This document shows, in pieces, positions 27,919 to 37,264 of a DNA stretch of 64,000 nucleotides. The translations under genes were made by a program, and so were the position numbers. Source of the DNA: a virus; IMG/VR virus record IMGVR_UViG_3300032323_001387, positions 108,209 to 172,208 of that record. One strand, 5' to 3'. The notes beneath the pieces were generated by a model. It saw nothing but the letters and a program-made list of their open reading frames with translations. It was not told the origin of the DNA and ran no database searches. Numbering within the stretch: the stretch's first letter is position 1; every line of letters starts with the position of its first letter.

Positions 27919-30003
27919 ATGAAATTCAAACCCACCCTTGTAGCACTGGCAGTTTCCACTTTGGCAGTAAGTGTGCAAGCTCAAGTTTTTGCTAATCGCG
28001 AAGCAGATACTCAAATCAAATTTCTAAACGCCGTTGGTGCTCCACAGGCATGGGCACGTGGTATCACTGGTAAAGGTGTTATCATTGGTATTGTTGATAA
28101 CGGGTTTGATGTTAATCACAGTGATCTCAAAGGCAAAGTAATTAGCCTGACTAATACAGGTTCGACAGCGCAGGCAGTGGGTGTGCATGGTACACAAATG
28201 GCCAGTATTGCCGCCGGCAAGCTAGATGGATGGGGCACAGTTGGTGTGGCTCCTGATGCTCAACTAGTGTTGTTCCAAGCAAATAGTTCTATTAGTTCGG
28301 CCAATGGCTTGGCTGGTACTGGTATTAATATGAGTGCAGTTCACAGGGGTATGACACTGGCAGAGCGAGCAGGTGCCAGCGTTATCAATCTTAGTTTAGG
28401 TTCAAACTTTGACGCTAATTTTCAAAGAACCACGGTAGAAGTTAGTCCTGGTATTTTCCGTGCTCCTAGCAATTATAACAGTGCAGTGACGGGCGGCAAA
28501 AGTTTTCTGTATGGTAACTCGATGAGAGATGTAGCGGCATTTGCCAATGCAACATCCAGGTCAGTGATTGTCATATCATCAGGTAATGCAGGTACAAAGT
28601 ATGCACAGATGCCAGCGGCATTTGCAACTCAAACAGATGCCAACGGTAATTTGCTCATGGGTGGTCGTGTGCTGATTGTAGGCAACGTGGTTGGTGATGG
28701 CAAAGGTGGCTGGACTATGAATAAAACCAGCAACCAAGCAGGTACCTTGTGCAATAGTTTTACTGGCAACATCTGCAATGACAAATACTATGTTAAAGAC
28801 TTTTATGTTGTGGCACCGGGTACTGGCATGTGGGGCGCAGTTCCAGACGCGGCTAGAACTGCCGCAGGTATTAAGTCAGGCGGCACTGACGGCATTGGTG
28901 CAGTAACAGGTACTAGCCCAGCAGCCGCAGTGGTCAGTGGCGGTGTTGCATTGCTCAAACAAGCATGGCCACAACTTAGTTCTGCACAGTTGGTTCATTT
29001 GGTCAAGACCACTGCAACTGACATGGGTGCAAAAGGTGTTGACGAAGTTTATGGTTGGGGTATGGTAAACTTCGACAAAGCTACACAGCCACAAGGCACG
29101 ATGACTATTGCTAATTTTAAAGGTTACGCTACGGCTATTCCTTTGACAGCTTCGGGTGTTGCGTCTAGCGGTAGTATTAGCCTTAAGACTAGTAGTGTGC
29201 TTCAAAACGTTCAAGGCTTGGACAGCTACAATCGTAACTATACATTGGACATGACTCGAGCAGTAGCAGTTAATCCTGTAATGACTTATCGTGCGTCTAG
29301 TTCTTACTTGGCAATGAGCCCAGTAGGCTATAATGAAATTGCTACTCCTGTTAATGAAAATTACAGCATTAAAATGATGCAGAGCCAAGCAGGTACGGCT
29401 ACTGAAGTTTCCTATACTGAACAAGGCGTCAGCTATAGTGTGCAGATTGGTTCGATGACAGAAAAGTCAGGCTTCCTTGGTAACATTGGCTCGGGCGCAA
29501 TGGCATTTGGTAACAGCTCTACTAACTATTTCCAGCTTGGAACTGAACGTAAGTTTGGTGACGTTGCAGTATCTGGTGCATATGGCTTTGGTGTTACTCG
29601 TGCAGGAAGTGTGGCAGATTCGATGATTCAACTCGGTAATCGTATTAGCAGTGATACCTGGAGACTGGCTGTGGCCAAGAACAATGTGTTCCAAAACAAA
29701 GACGCTGTGAGTTTGACATTGGTTAGTCCCGTAAGTGTGCGAAAAGGTTCGGCAACTATCACAGGTGTAACTGGCTATGAGTTTACCGACAATGGTGATG
29801 GAGCAGATGCAAAGGCGATTGTTGGTACAGAATCAATTAGTCTTCGCCAACAAGTTAAACCTATGGACTTGGTCCTAGGTTATACTGTAATTGGTAAGGG
29901 CTATGACCGTGTAAACGTAAATGTAGCACGCCAGTTTAATGTCGGCGGAGTTCCAGGTAACAATATGAATTCAATTGGTGTTATGGCAGTTAAGTCTTTC
30001 TAA
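27919..30003 (+). CDS. secreted subtilisin-like (S8) serine protease with probable C-terminal beta-barrel
   Basis: Signal peptide; IVDNG (Asp), HGTQMAS (His), SGN, GTSPAA (Ser), GVDEVYGWG; beta-rich C-terminus ending in Phe. Confidence 0.85.
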   Translation: MKFKPTLVALAVSTLAVSVQAQVFANREADTQIKFLNAVGAPQAWARGITGKGVIIGIVDNGFDVNHSDLKGKVISLTNTGSTAQAVGVHGTQMASIAAGKLDGWGTVGVAPDAQLVLFQANSSISSANGLAGTGINMSAVHRGMTLAERAGASVINLSLGSNFDANFQRTTVEVSPGIFRAPSNYNSAVTGGKSFLYGNSMRDVAAFANATSRSVIVISSGNAGTKYAQMPAAFATQTDANGNLLMGGRVLIVGNVVGDGKGGWTMNKTSNQAGTLCNSFTGNICNDKYYVKDFYVVAPGTGMWGAVPDAARTAAGIKSGGTDGIGAVTGTSPAAAVVSGGVALLKQAWPQLSSAQLVHLVKTTATDMGAKGVDEVYGWGMVNFDKATQPQGTMTIANFKGYATAIPLTASGVASSGSISLKTSSVLQNVQGLDSYNRNYTLDMTRAVAVNPVMTYRASSSYLAMSPVGYNEIATPVNENYSIKMMQSQAGTATEVSYTEQGVSYSVQIGSMTEKSGFLGNIGSGAMAFGNSSTNYFQLGTERKFGDVAVSGAYGFGVTRAGSVADSMIQLGNRISSDTWRLAVAKNNVFQNKDAVSLTLVSPVSVRKGSATITGVTGYEFTDNGDGADAKAIVGTESISLRQQVKPMDLVLGYTVIGKGYDRVNVNVARQFNVGGVPGNNMNSIGVMAVKSF

Positions 30004-30032
30004 TTGACACAAATTGGTTTTGGTGTTATAAT
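30004..30032 (+). promoter_or_regulatory. sigma70-type early promoter (TTGACACAAATTGG family)
   Basis: TTGACA-N17-TATAAT. Confidence 0.85.
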
Positions 30033-30064
30033 ATATTTTTAGTAAACAAAACAGGAGTTTTTAA

Positions 30065-31204
30065 ATGGCAAAAGTAAATGCAATGAGTCTTACAGTGGGA
30101 ACAATAAAAACCAAAATGAGCAAGACTAAACAAAAAGAACAGCGTATTAAGAATTTTCTTAGCAACTATGCAGTTCCTTTTGACATGGAAGATTCCGCAA
30201 TTGACCTGCGGACCATGGCTAATAATTATCCTAACGGCATTATCCCAAACAAAGATATCGGCGAAGCAGTAGCCGCAGTTTTGGGCCCAGCACCTATGCC
30301 TCGACTTTCTGTTGACCCCAAGCTACTTAATGTTCCTAAATTTACATGGGTACATATGGATGACATTGCTGTTGATCCTCGCTTTCAGCGTGACGTGATT
30401 CCTAACCACGTTATAAAGATTGAACCACTGTTTAAAGCAGATACTATCATTGTTCCTTGTGCAGTCAAAGATCCTGTTAGTGGAAAATATCTGCTGTGGG
30501 ACGGCCACCATACTACTCGTGTTTGCGAACGCCAAGGATGGACTCATATGCCTGTTTGGTATACCGAAGCTAACATCAATGACGAACATAGTCTAGACGA
30601 AGCCACTAAGATTCTAATCAGCCATGCTGGTAACAGTATGATTACTATTAACAAGTCTGGTAAGCGTCAACTGGATCGCTACAATGAGCACATGATTGCT
30701 GTAGAGTGCGGCCATGCAGAACCTGTTATGGTTCAAAACATTGTTGATGCAAACAACTGCCAAGTGAAACGTGCCAGCACTAAAGCTGGCGATATTAGTC
30801 ACATTGAACATTTGTATGGTGCCTATGACCTTGTGCAAGCAAGCTCGGGTATTAAAGGTATTTACTTGGCTCGCAGTTTGAAGTTTCATCGTGATACATG
30901 GCCTAAGGAAGAAGTGCGTGGTATTATGATGCTAGCTATGGCTCGCTTGTACCAACAAACTGAATTGCAAACTGGTAAGATGCTTCCTTCTACATTTGAC
31001 GTAGAGTTCGGTAACATTCTTAAGAAAGTATACGGACAAAGTGAAAAAGTTCATACTCGTTTGAAGGAACAGTTTGAAAATCACTTTGGTAGTTTGGGTG
31101 CTCACCCAGTTGTGGTTACCAGCGGCCTTGCGCTTACTTACAATAAGCATCAAACTAAGGGCTTCAAGTTGGCACAACCAGAAGCTACTTATCCTGTTAA
31201 GTAA
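30065..31204 (+). CDS. ParB/Srx-like domain protein
   Basis: VDPRFQR ... YLLWDGHHT resembles ParB-N / DGQHR family. Confidence 0.5.
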   Translation: MAKVNAMSLTVGTIKTKMSKTKQKEQRIKNFLSNYAVPFDMEDSAIDLRTMANNYPNGIIPNKDIGEAVAAVLGPAPMPRLSVDPKLLNVPKFTWVHMDDIAVDPRFQRDVIPNHVIKIEPLFKADTIIVPCAVKDPVSGKYLLWDGHHTTRVCERQGWTHMPVWYTEANINDEHSLDEATKILISHAGNSMITINKSGKRQLDRYNEHMIAVECGHAEPVMVQNIVDANNCQVKRASTKAGDISHIEHLYGAYDLVQASSGIKGIYLARSLKFHRDTWPKEEVRGIMMLAMARLYQQTELQTGKMLPSTFDVEFGNILKKVYGQSEKVHTRLKEQFENHFGSLGAHPVVVTSGLALTYNKHQTKGFKLAQPEATYPVK

Positions 31205-31617
31205 TGCGCTATTATATTTTATATCTGCGAAAGTGTCCGGGGGTCGCTGATCCTCGACACTTTAAGATTGGAATTGCGGCATTGGACAAAGTTCGCACTC
31301 GTCTTGCTAGTTATCAAAACGCAGTAGGCCCGGTATATCTAGAAGAGTTTATGTATTTCTGGATCGGCGAAGATGTAGATGTAAAGGAAGCAGAAAAGAA
31401 AGTTAAGATAAATTTTAAGTCTAAGATTTCAAGTGCAGAAGCAGGACTCAGCGAATGGATCTGTGAAATTGACAAGCAAGAAATTCTTAACTATATCGAA
31501 GAACTGAAAACAGAGCATTTCATCAAACTAGAAGATAGTCCAAAAGAGTTTACTCCGTTATCAATGAATAACTGCCAAGACTTTACTGAATGGTTTGATA
31601 CGATCACTTTAAATTAA
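31204..31617 (+). CDS. GIY-YIG/T5orf172-like nuclease domain protein
   Basis: LYL...FKIGI...RL..YQ...E....EW pattern. Confidence 0.55.
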   Translation: MRYYILYLRKCPGVADPRHFKIGIAALDKVRTRLASYQNAVGPVYLEEFMYFWIGEDVDVKEAEKKVKINFKSKISSAEAGLSEWICEIDKQEILNYIEELKTEHFIKLEDSPKEFTPLSMNNCQDFTEWFDTITLN

Positions 31618-31658
31618 GCAACCGAAAGGTTGCTTTTTTATTGACGAGTGTGTATAAT
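31616..31658 (+). terminator. terminator overlapping TTGCTT-N17-TATAAT promoter
   Basis: AAGCAACC-GAAA-GGTTGCTT TTTT; TATAAT 31653-58. Confidence 0.8.
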
Positions 31659-31665
31659 TACCTTT

Positions 31666-32649
31666 ATGAAAATTATATGGCCTGTTGAACTTAAAGAATC
31701 TAAATATAGTAAATGGTACGAAGCATTAATATATAAAGCGAAAAATCGTACCATCGAAGGTTATGTAGAAACGCATCATATAATTCCGAGAAGTTTTGGG
31801 GGTAACGATAGTAAGAGTAACTTAGTAAAGCTCACCGCCAGAGAACATTATATTGCCCATGCATTATTATGGAAAATGAAATTTCCAGGCATTTATAATA
31901 GTAAAATGGCATTTGCATTTAATACGTTCATCAACAAAATGACGACTAAAGTCAGAGGCGTTCACCACACCTATACTATTTCCAGTAGAACGTACGAAAT
32001 TTTCAGAAAAGAATATTCGAGACTTCTCAAAGAAAAATACGCAAGAGAAGGTGGAACATTTCTTGGTAGAAAACATTCAGAAGAAACAAAACGTAAGATT
32101 GGAGAGAAAAGTAAATTAAAAGAATTTAAACGAGGACCAGAAAACCCGCAGTGGGGGAAAAAACAAAACGTCTCTCCAGAAGGTAAAGAAAGACGCAAAG
32201 CAGCCTCGAAAGAAAGATGGGCAGATCCAGAGTTTAGAGAAAAAATGATTCAAAAGAAAAAAGAATTTCTTCAAACCCCAGCCGGCATCGCCCAACGTCA
32301 AGCAACTAGTCGACGAGTAAAAGGTGTTAAACGCGATCCTGCAATCATGGAAAAATGTGCTTCTGCCAAAAGAGGTAAAAAAGAACACGAGATATATTCA
32401 CCAGAAGCTATTGCAAAAAGAAAAGAAGCACTGAAGAACAGAGTCGTATCGGATGAAGCAAAAGAAAAAATTCGCCAAGGTGCATTAAAAGGATGTAAGA
32501 TGCCAAAATCAGATGATTGGAAGAAACAAATGAGTGAAAGAATGACAGGAATAAAACGCCAAACTTTTGTGTGTGCTCATTGCGGAAAAGAAGCCGTGTT
32601 ATCTAATATTAATCGATGGCATAATGATAATTGTAAATTTAAGAAATGA
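31666..32649 (+). CDS. free-standing HNH homing endonuclease with NUMOD3-like repeats
   Basis: E.HHIIPRSFGG.D...NLVKLTAREHYIAHALL; GRKHSEETKRKI; C-terminal CAHC...RWHNDNC. Confidence 0.9.
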   Translation: MKIIWPVELKESKYSKWYEALIYKAKNRTIEGYVETHHIIPRSFGGNDSKSNLVKLTAREHYIAHALLWKMKFPGIYNSKMAFAFNTFINKMTTKVRGVHHTYTISSRTYEIFRKEYSRLLKEKYAREGGTFLGRKHSEETKRKIGEKSKLKEFKRGPENPQWGKKQNVSPEGKERRKAASKERWADPEFREKMIQKKKEFLQTPAGIAQRQATSRRVKGVKRDPAIMEKCASAKRGKKEHEIYSPEAIAKRKEALKNRVVSDEAKEKIRQGALKGCKMPKSDDWKKQMSERMTGIKRQTFVCAHCGKEAVLSNINRWHNDNCKFKK

Positions 32650-32656
32650 ACAAATT

Positions 32657-32700
32657 GGCAACCTATTAGGTTGCTTTTTTGTGGCCTAATATGTTATACT
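32657..32700 (+). terminator. terminator overlapping TTGCTT-N18-TATACT promoter
   Basis: GCAACC-TATTA-GGTTGC TTTTTT. Confidence 0.7.
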
Positions 32701-32706
32701 ACATCT

Positions 32707-34158
32707 ATGACAGTTTGTACAATACATATAAAAGATGAAGTTAATATTAAAATTAGCGGATTAGAAACAGCTACTAGGCGCAGGTTAGAAAAAGAATTGA
32801 AGTTTTTCATGCCATATGCAAGGCATACACCAGCTTATAAACTAGGACGCTGGGATGGCTGTGTTGGTTTCTTTACACTAGGCGGCGCCAGCTTTTTTAA
32901 TTTACTAGATAAGATTCTACCAGTAATTGTTGATGAAGGTTATTCAGTTGAGATTGATGATCAAAGGCAACAGCATGACTTCAAGTTTGTTGAAGTAAAT
33001 GAAACAACACATGAACAAACAATCTGGCCCAAAGGGCACGTTAACGAAGGCAATCCAGTACTGCTACGTGACTATCAGATTGATGCCATCAACAAGTTTT
33101 TAACTAATCTACAATGCGTACAAGAGATTAGTACAGGCGCCGGTAAAACAATTACAACTGCCACATTGAGTAAAAGTGTGGAAAGTTATGGTAGAACATT
33201 GGTCATTGTTCCTAACAAAGACCTAGTCAAGCAAACATTAGAAGATTATGAATTACTTGGCCTGGACGTTGGTGTTTACTTTGGCGATAAAAAAGAACTA
33301 GGTAAGACACATACTATTTGTACATGGCAAAGTCTTAACAGTGTACAAAAGAGATTTAAAGAAGGCGAAAGCCCAATCAGCTTGGAAGAGTTCAGCGAAG
33401 ACTTAGTGGCAATCATTGTTGACGAAGTTCACCAAGCCAAAGCAGACGTACTTAAAGCATTGTTAAGTGGTCCTTTCTCCAATGTTCCTATCCGTTGGGG
33501 TTTAACTGGAACTATTCCTAAAGAAGATTTTGAGCAACTAGGCTTGGTTGCATGTATTGGTCCAGTGGTAAATAAGATAGCTGCCAAAGACTTACAAGCC
33601 AAAGGAGTGTTGGCAAATTGCTTGGTTAATGTACTGCAATTACAGGACACAGTATCATATAATACATATCAAGAAGAACTAACATACCTGACTACCAACG
33701 TTAAACGTGTAGACTTCATTGCTGAGTTTGTTAGTAAACTTTCAGAATCGGGAAATACGTTAGTCTTAGTTGATCGAGTTAAAAGCGGCGAAATGTTAGT
33801 AGAGCGTTTACCTGACAGTATTTTTGTCAGTGGTGCAATGAAAACAACAGATAGAAAAGAGCAGTATGACGAAGTTAAAACAGCTACTAATAAGATCATT
33901 GTGGCTACCTATGGTGTTGCCGCTGTGGGCATTAATATCCCTAGGATTTTTAATCTGGTTCTTTTGGAACCCGGGAAAAGCTTTGTCCGCGTTATTCAAA
34001 GTATTGGACGTGGCATAAGAAAAGCAGAAGACAAAGATCACGTGGAGATTTGGGACGTGACAAGTAGCGCAAAGTTTAGTAAACGACATCTTACTACACG
34101 AAAGAAATACTATGATGATGCAGGCTATCCGTATCAAGTACAAAAGGTAAAATACTAA
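32707..34158 (+). CDS. uvsW: SF2 DNA helicase UvsW
   Basis: LRDYQ, TGAGKT, DEVH, GLTGT, QSIGRG.R. Confidence 0.92.
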   Translation: MTVCTIHIKDEVNIKISGLETATRRRLEKELKFFMPYARHTPAYKLGRWDGCVGFFTLGGASFFNLLDKILPVIVDEGYSVEIDDQRQQHDFKFVEVNETTHEQTIWPKGHVNEGNPVLLRDYQIDAINKFLTNLQCVQEISTGAGKTITTATLSKSVESYGRTLVIVPNKDLVKQTLEDYELLGLDVGVYFGDKKELGKTHTICTWQSLNSVQKRFKEGESPISLEEFSEDLVAIIVDEVHQAKADVLKALLSGPFSNVPIRWGLTGTIPKEDFEQLGLVACIGPVVNKIAAKDLQAKGVLANCLVNVLQLQDTVSYNTYQEELTYLTTNVKRVDFIAEFVSKLSESGNTLVLVDRVKSGEMLVERLPDSIFVSGAMKTTDRKEQYDEVKTATNKIIVATYGVAAVGINIPRIFNLVLLEPGKSFVRVIQSIGRGIRKAEDKDHVEIWDVTSSAKFSKRHLTTRKKYYDDAGYPYQVQKVKY

Positions 34159-34658
34159 TGAATATATTAACAGTAGACAATAAAGCATTTGAATTGAATT
34201 CTTTGCCGGAAGAGGTAGATGATTTACGATATGCAGTTCTTGATTGGAATGATCCTAAGAACGTAGATTATCATTTTGTGCCTTTGATCTTTATGGAAAC
34301 ATTCCATGCGCCTGCCGCAGTACTAAAGATTGGCGAGCATGTTATTCAAGTGCCTTTGGATTGGTATGTAGTCATAGGTGAAAAGGATCACGGAGACCCT
34401 GAGATTGTTCCTATTATGAATATCAATGACAGAGGCTTTAGTGCATTTACTTTTAATCCCATTAGTAGTTTTAGATTAGACTTCCAGCCATTGGAAATTA
34501 TCAATGTGTTTCAAGATATTCGGTGGTATACCCCAAAACTTAAACATGGACACATTCTAGCAGTGCCATTAGACAACAGCGATAAACCTCAATGTGCTTA
34601 TTTTGTCAAGGAAACAAATAAACTTCCGGAAGTTTTAGCCATTGAAAAGATGTATTAA
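34158..34658 (+). CDS. hypothetical protein
   Basis: Coupled 166-aa ORF. Confidence 0.65.
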   Translation: MNILTVDNKAFELNSLPEEVDDLRYAVLDWNDPKNVDYHFVPLIFMETFHAPAAVLKIGEHVIQVPLDWYVVIGEKDHGDPEIVPIMNINDRGFSAFTFNPISSFRLDFQPLEIINVFQDIRWYTPKLKHGHILAVPLDNSDKPQCAYFVKETNKLPEVLAIEKMY

Positions 34659-34675
34659 AGAGTGTATAATATAGT

Positions 34676-35164
34676 ATGGCAACTAAAGCACCAATGTTAG
34701 ATATGTTCAAGCGAGTATTGCCCGCGGCAGATACTAGGAACAAAGATTTTTACGAGCAACTCAGCGATGAGGAAAAGAAAGGATTTAGTCCTTGGCTTAT
34801 CCAACGCTATTTAAGTAGTGCAGAAAGTGCCACGCCTGAAATGATTGAGCATTATCTTATAATGACCAACGAGTTAGTTAACACAGATTACAGTACCATT
34901 AAGGATCATCCAGAGCTAATGTGGAAATTAATGAGCATGGTTGGTGTTGGCAAATCAATGAAGCATCCATATGTTGCTCCTGGTAAAGGTAAAAAGAAAA
35001 AAGGTAATGCATTTAAATTGTGGCTACATGAACAATATCCGCATCTTAACGAGCAAGAAGTAGAAGTATGGTTCAACATGTTTACAAAAGAACAAGCCAA
35101 AGACATGTTGGAACAATATCAAGTTAAAGACAAAGATGTTATCGCTGGTGCAAATGACTTATAA
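34676..35164 (+). CDS. putative clamp-loader small subunit (gp62-like)
   Basis: FSPWLIQRYLS...NE..N pattern weakly like gp62; replication context. Confidence 0.45.
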   Translation: MATKAPMLDMFKRVLPAADTRNKDFYEQLSDEEKKGFSPWLIQRYLSSAESATPEMIEHYLIMTNELVNTDYSTIKDHPELMWKLMSMVGVGKSMKHPYVAPGKGKKKKGNAFKLWLHEQYPHLNEQEVEVWFNMFTKEQAKDMLEQYQVKDKDVIAGANDL

Positions 35165-35834
35165 GTGTAAATTTTGTAATAAAGATTTTGCTAGGGAAAG
35201 TACGCTGATATCGCATATGTGCGAGAAAAAGCGTAGGATGAATGCCAAAGATGACAAGCAAAATCGCATTGCATATCAAAGTTGGTTAATCTATAGAAAG
35301 ACAATGATTGCCAACGTTAAGCATGACAAGCCCTACGATGACTTCATCCACGACAGATACTACATGTCTTTTATGAAGTTAGCCAAGCATATCATTGATT
35401 TGAATTTGGACAAACCCGAAGAGTTTGTCAAGTTTATATTAAAGAATAGCGTTAAAATAGATGACTGGTGTAAGGCAGTTGTCTATGAAACTTATGTTAA
35501 AGATAGAACCAAAAAAGAAACTGTAGAACGAGCAATTGAGCGAAGTGTGTTAAATATGAAAGCATGGGCAGAAAAGACAGGCTTTGAATGGGAAGATTAT
35601 TTTCAACGAGTTAGCACGCCAGAAGCAGTACAAGACATTAGAATGGGACGTATTAGTCCTTGGTGTACATTTGCCACAGATCAAGGCAGTAGACTTATTG
35701 ATAGATTTGAACCCGGTCAGATACAGCAACTAATCGAATATATCGAACCCCAGAGTTGGCGTGTCAAAGTTAAGAGACAACAGCAGGATGCTGATTGGGT
35801 GCAACAAGTTTTTAACGAAGCGAGGATACAATGA
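35154..35834 (+). CDS. zinc-finger protein
   Basis: YKCKFCNKDF.RE.TL..H.C. Confidence 0.6.
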   Translation: MTYKCKFCNKDFARESTLISHMCEKKRRMNAKDDKQNRIAYQSWLIYRKTMIANVKHDKPYDDFIHDRYYMSFMKLAKHIIDLNLDKPEEFVKFILKNSVKIDDWCKAVVYETYVKDRTKKETVERAIERSVLNMKAWAEKTGFEWEDYFQRVSTPEAVQDIRMGRISPWCTFATDQGSRLIDRFEPGQIQQLIEYIEPQSWRVKVKRQQQDADWVQQVFNEARIQ

Positions 35835-36079
35835 ACCAGTACAGTGAAAAGAGAAGAGTTCCTAGACTCTTACAAAGCCAACAATCTACTAAGGCTAGTT
35901 TTCAAATGCTCAACGGCATGGCAGAGTTTACCATAGATGGCGAGCGTGTAAGTATGCCCACAGCAGAAGCATTTCAACGTTTACTTAAAAAAGTTGCTGT
36001 TCTAGAACAACGATTAGCTGTCACTGATAATAAGGCTGCTACTGCATCTAGAGTAGCAAGGTCCAAGAATGAAAGATAA
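35831..36079 (+). CDS. hypothetical protein
   Basis: 82 aa, GAGG RBS. Confidence 0.55.
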   Translation: MNQYSEKRRVPRLLQSQQSTKASFQMLNGMAEFTIDGERVSMPTAEAFQRLLKKVAVLEQRLAVTDNKAATASRVARSKNER

Positions 36080-36296
36080 AGAAGAGCAAGTACTCGAAGT
36101 TTATAAAGAAACTTTAATTATGATTGATAAGTTAATTGCAGATCACGATCCTTTGGTAATAGCAGGAGTCATGATGGCGCAGTCAATGAGTCTATATAGA
36201 AGTACGTTAAGTGAAGAAGACTATACTAGTGTAGTTGAATCTATTCTAGAAAAGAAAGACAAAGTCTATACATTTACATCGAGGAATTTACATTGA
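36069..36296 (+). CDS. hypothetical protein
   Basis: 75 aa, overlapping operon arrangement. Confidence 0.55.
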   Translation: MKDKEEQVLEVYKETLIMIDKLIADHDPLVIAGVMMAQSMSLYRSTLSEEDYTSVVESILEKKDKVYTFTSRNLH

Positions 36297-36856
36297 GCAC
36301 AGACGTTGACATTGACTTTGCTGACAGGGAACAGATATTAAAATTGCTTGACTATACTCCGGCAATGATTAAAGATGGTCAAAAAGAAAAGAAACACAAT
36401 ACAGGCGTGTACTTTCATAACGCACCTGTAAATCCGTTTACTGGTTTGGCCACTATAGATTATAAAAGTGCCGAAGAAATGGGCTGGTTTAAAATTGACT
36501 TGCTTAATGTTGGTATCTATAATGACTTTGACAGCAACGAGCAGATTGATAGTTTATTGGCCAAAGAACCAATGTGGGAGTTATTGGAACATAAAGAAGT
36601 TATAGAACAACTGTTTCATATTCACAATCATGCTGACACTGTTATACGAATGAAACCCAGAAGTGTAGAACAACTAGCCATGGTTTTGGCCTGTATTCGT
36701 CCTGGAAAGAAACATTTAATAGGACAAAGTTGGAGTGAGATTGAGCGAGAAGTATGGACTAAGACTGATGATACTTATAGCTTTAAGCACAGTCACGCTA
36801 TTGGGTACGCTATGGCAATTATATTGCAAATGAACAAGCTAAGTTACAGCTTTTGA
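36293..36856 (+). CDS. minimal DNA polymerase III alpha (DnaE)-like protein
   Basis: DVDIDF, KHNTGVY, GWFKIDLL, IRPG, YSFKHSHA.GYA match ordered DnaE motifs; TTG start, GAGG RBS. Confidence 0.8.
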   Translation: MSTDVDIDFADREQILKLLDYTPAMIKDGQKEKKHNTGVYFHNAPVNPFTGLATIDYKSAEEMGWFKIDLLNVGIYNDFDSNEQIDSLLAKEPMWELLEHKEVIEQLFHIHNHADTVIRMKPRSVEQLAMVLACIRPGKKHLIGQSWSEIEREVWTKTDDTYSFKHSHAIGYAMAIILQMNKLSYSF

Positions 36857-37212
36857 ACTAGTTGAATTTGGCGCCTTTTAATTCTTTTTGTTATAATATT
36901 TTGTAAACTAACTGCTTCGCCATGCAGTATTTCAAAATCTTTGACATTGTACGTTCGTAAGCTATAACTAAACTTTTTAAACTTTGGCCCTATGACTAAA
37001 TTTATGGGCAAGCTACGATTACTTTGCCACCACCATTCTTCGCCCATTTCTAAGAATTCCTGTTTGTCTTCGGTGCAAGTAAGCACATTATAGACATATA
37101 CGCTGGCCAGAGTACTGGTATAGTTTTGTATAATTCCTAAAATTTCTTCTTCCCCAGCCATGCATAGACTTAAGAAGGGGAACTTTTCTAATATTTCTTT
37201 ATGGTCTGCCAT
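36844..37212 (-). CDS. hypothetical protein
   Basis: 122 aa; TAAATA just upstream on - strand. Confidence 0.6.
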   Translation of the reverse strand: MADHKEILEKFPFLSLCMAGEEEILGIIQNYTSTLASVYVYNVLTCTEDKQEFLEMGEEWWWQSNRSLPINLVIGPKFKKFSYSLRTYNVKDFEILHGEAVSLQNIITKRIKRRQIQLVQKL

Positions 37213-37264
37213 CGGTAATATTTAGCACCGAATTCATTTCAATTAAATTTAAATAAATATAGCT

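Noticed and set aside
36069-36856. Frameshifted or split full-length dnaE pseudogene
   Set aside because: Flanking ORFs show no PHP or OB motifs, and the missing parts include in-frame internal deletions within one ORF
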